Below, in pieces: positions 63,287 through 64,000 of a DNA stretch of 64,000 nucleotides. The first letter of the stretch is position 1. Each line of letters opens with the position of its first letter. This DNA comes from Oligoflexia bacterium (GTDB taxonomy: Bacteria; Bdellovibrionota; UBA1018). The stretch is from the NCBI GenBank assembly GCA_963758495.1, contig CAVWVI010000001.1, positions 288,001 through 352,000 of the forward strand, read 5' to 3'. A model generated the notes under the pieces. It was not told where the DNA came from, did not search any database, and saw only the letters and a program-made list of their open reading frames with translations. A program made the position numbers and the translations under genes.

Positions 63287-64000
63287 ACTTCGAAACCATT
63301 TCTTATCAGCAGGAAGGCTTCATCGGTTTTCTAACCATCGAACGCCCCCAATCCCTCAACGCGCTGAATTCGCAGGTTCTACGTGAGCTCACCACGCTTT
63401 GCGACGAGCTGAAAACGAAGAAGGACATTCGCGCGCTCATCATCACGGGTGCGGGAGAGAAAGCGTTCGTCGCTGGCGCGGATATTAAAGAAATGACGAA
63501 CATGTCAGCGCAAGAGGCCAAGGATTTCGCACGTAAGGGTCAAGCTACTTTTAATAGTATTGAAGCCCTACCCTTCGCCGTGATCGCAGCTGTCAATGGC
63601 TTTGCTCTGGGAGGCGGCTGCGAGCTGGCACTGGCTTGTGACATCATCCTGGCAAGCGAAAAGGCGAAGTTCGGACTTCCCGAAGTCACCTTGGGACTTT
63701 TGCCTTCGTTCGGAGGAACCCAACGTTTGGCCCGCTCCGTGGGCCTATTCAAGGCGCGAGAAATGATTTTTTCTGGCGAGTTCTACTCGGCTTCCGAGTG
63801 TTTGAAAGTCGGTTTGGTGAATCAAGTTATTCCCCCCGATCAACTCGCCAAAGCGGCCCGAACGCTCGCCGAAACCATCACCAAGAGAGGCCCGATGGCC
63901 ATTGCAAATGCAAAACGCGCCGTGAACACTGGCTTTGATCGCCTTCTGAGCGAAGGCCTCGCGCAAGAAGCAGAATTATTTGGCGAACTTTTCTCCACCC
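63283..64000 (+). CDS. Enoyl-CoA hydratase/crotonase, partial (runs off window end)
   Basis: MNFETISY...LNALN...AFVAGADI...ALGGGCELA...FGLPEV. Confidence 0.9.
   Translation, partial: MNFETISYQQEGFIGFLTIERPQSLNALNSQVLRELTTLCDELKTKKDIRALIITGAGEKAFVAGADIKEMTNMSAQEAKDFARKGQATFNSIEALPFAVIAAVNGFALGGGCELALACDIILASEKAKFGLPEVTLGLLPSFGGTQRLARSVGLFKAREMIFSGEFYSASECLKVGLVNQVIPPDQLAKAARTLAETITKRGPMAIANAKRAVNTGFDRLLSEGLAQEAELFGELFST

Overview
Bacterial chromosomal window. The gene repertoire resembles Bdellovibrionota/Oligoflexia, but that is inference only. The first ~47 kb is an accessory region with a tyrosine recombinase between two paralogous lytic-transglycosylase-like genes, a sugar/pyruvate oxidation cluster, a histidine kinase with an ethylene-receptor-like N-terminus, stress genes, three TnpB loci and many gene fragments. 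The last ~16 kb holds a pentose-phosphate operon (with a pgl-tal-pgi read-through ORF), queH and a valine-degradation operon. The most striking locus is a three-layer nested element at 35247-40988. An HNH-nuclease gene is bracketed by ~150-bp structured inverted repeats. An IS605-type element (TTAT target, TCAA end) is inserted at its HNH active site. The tnpB of that IS is in turn split by a complete group II intron. Removing each inner layer on paper restores the interrupted reading frame exactly. A second, gene-less inverted-repeat element lies at about 27432-27951. No CRISPR array, tRNA or rRNA was seen.
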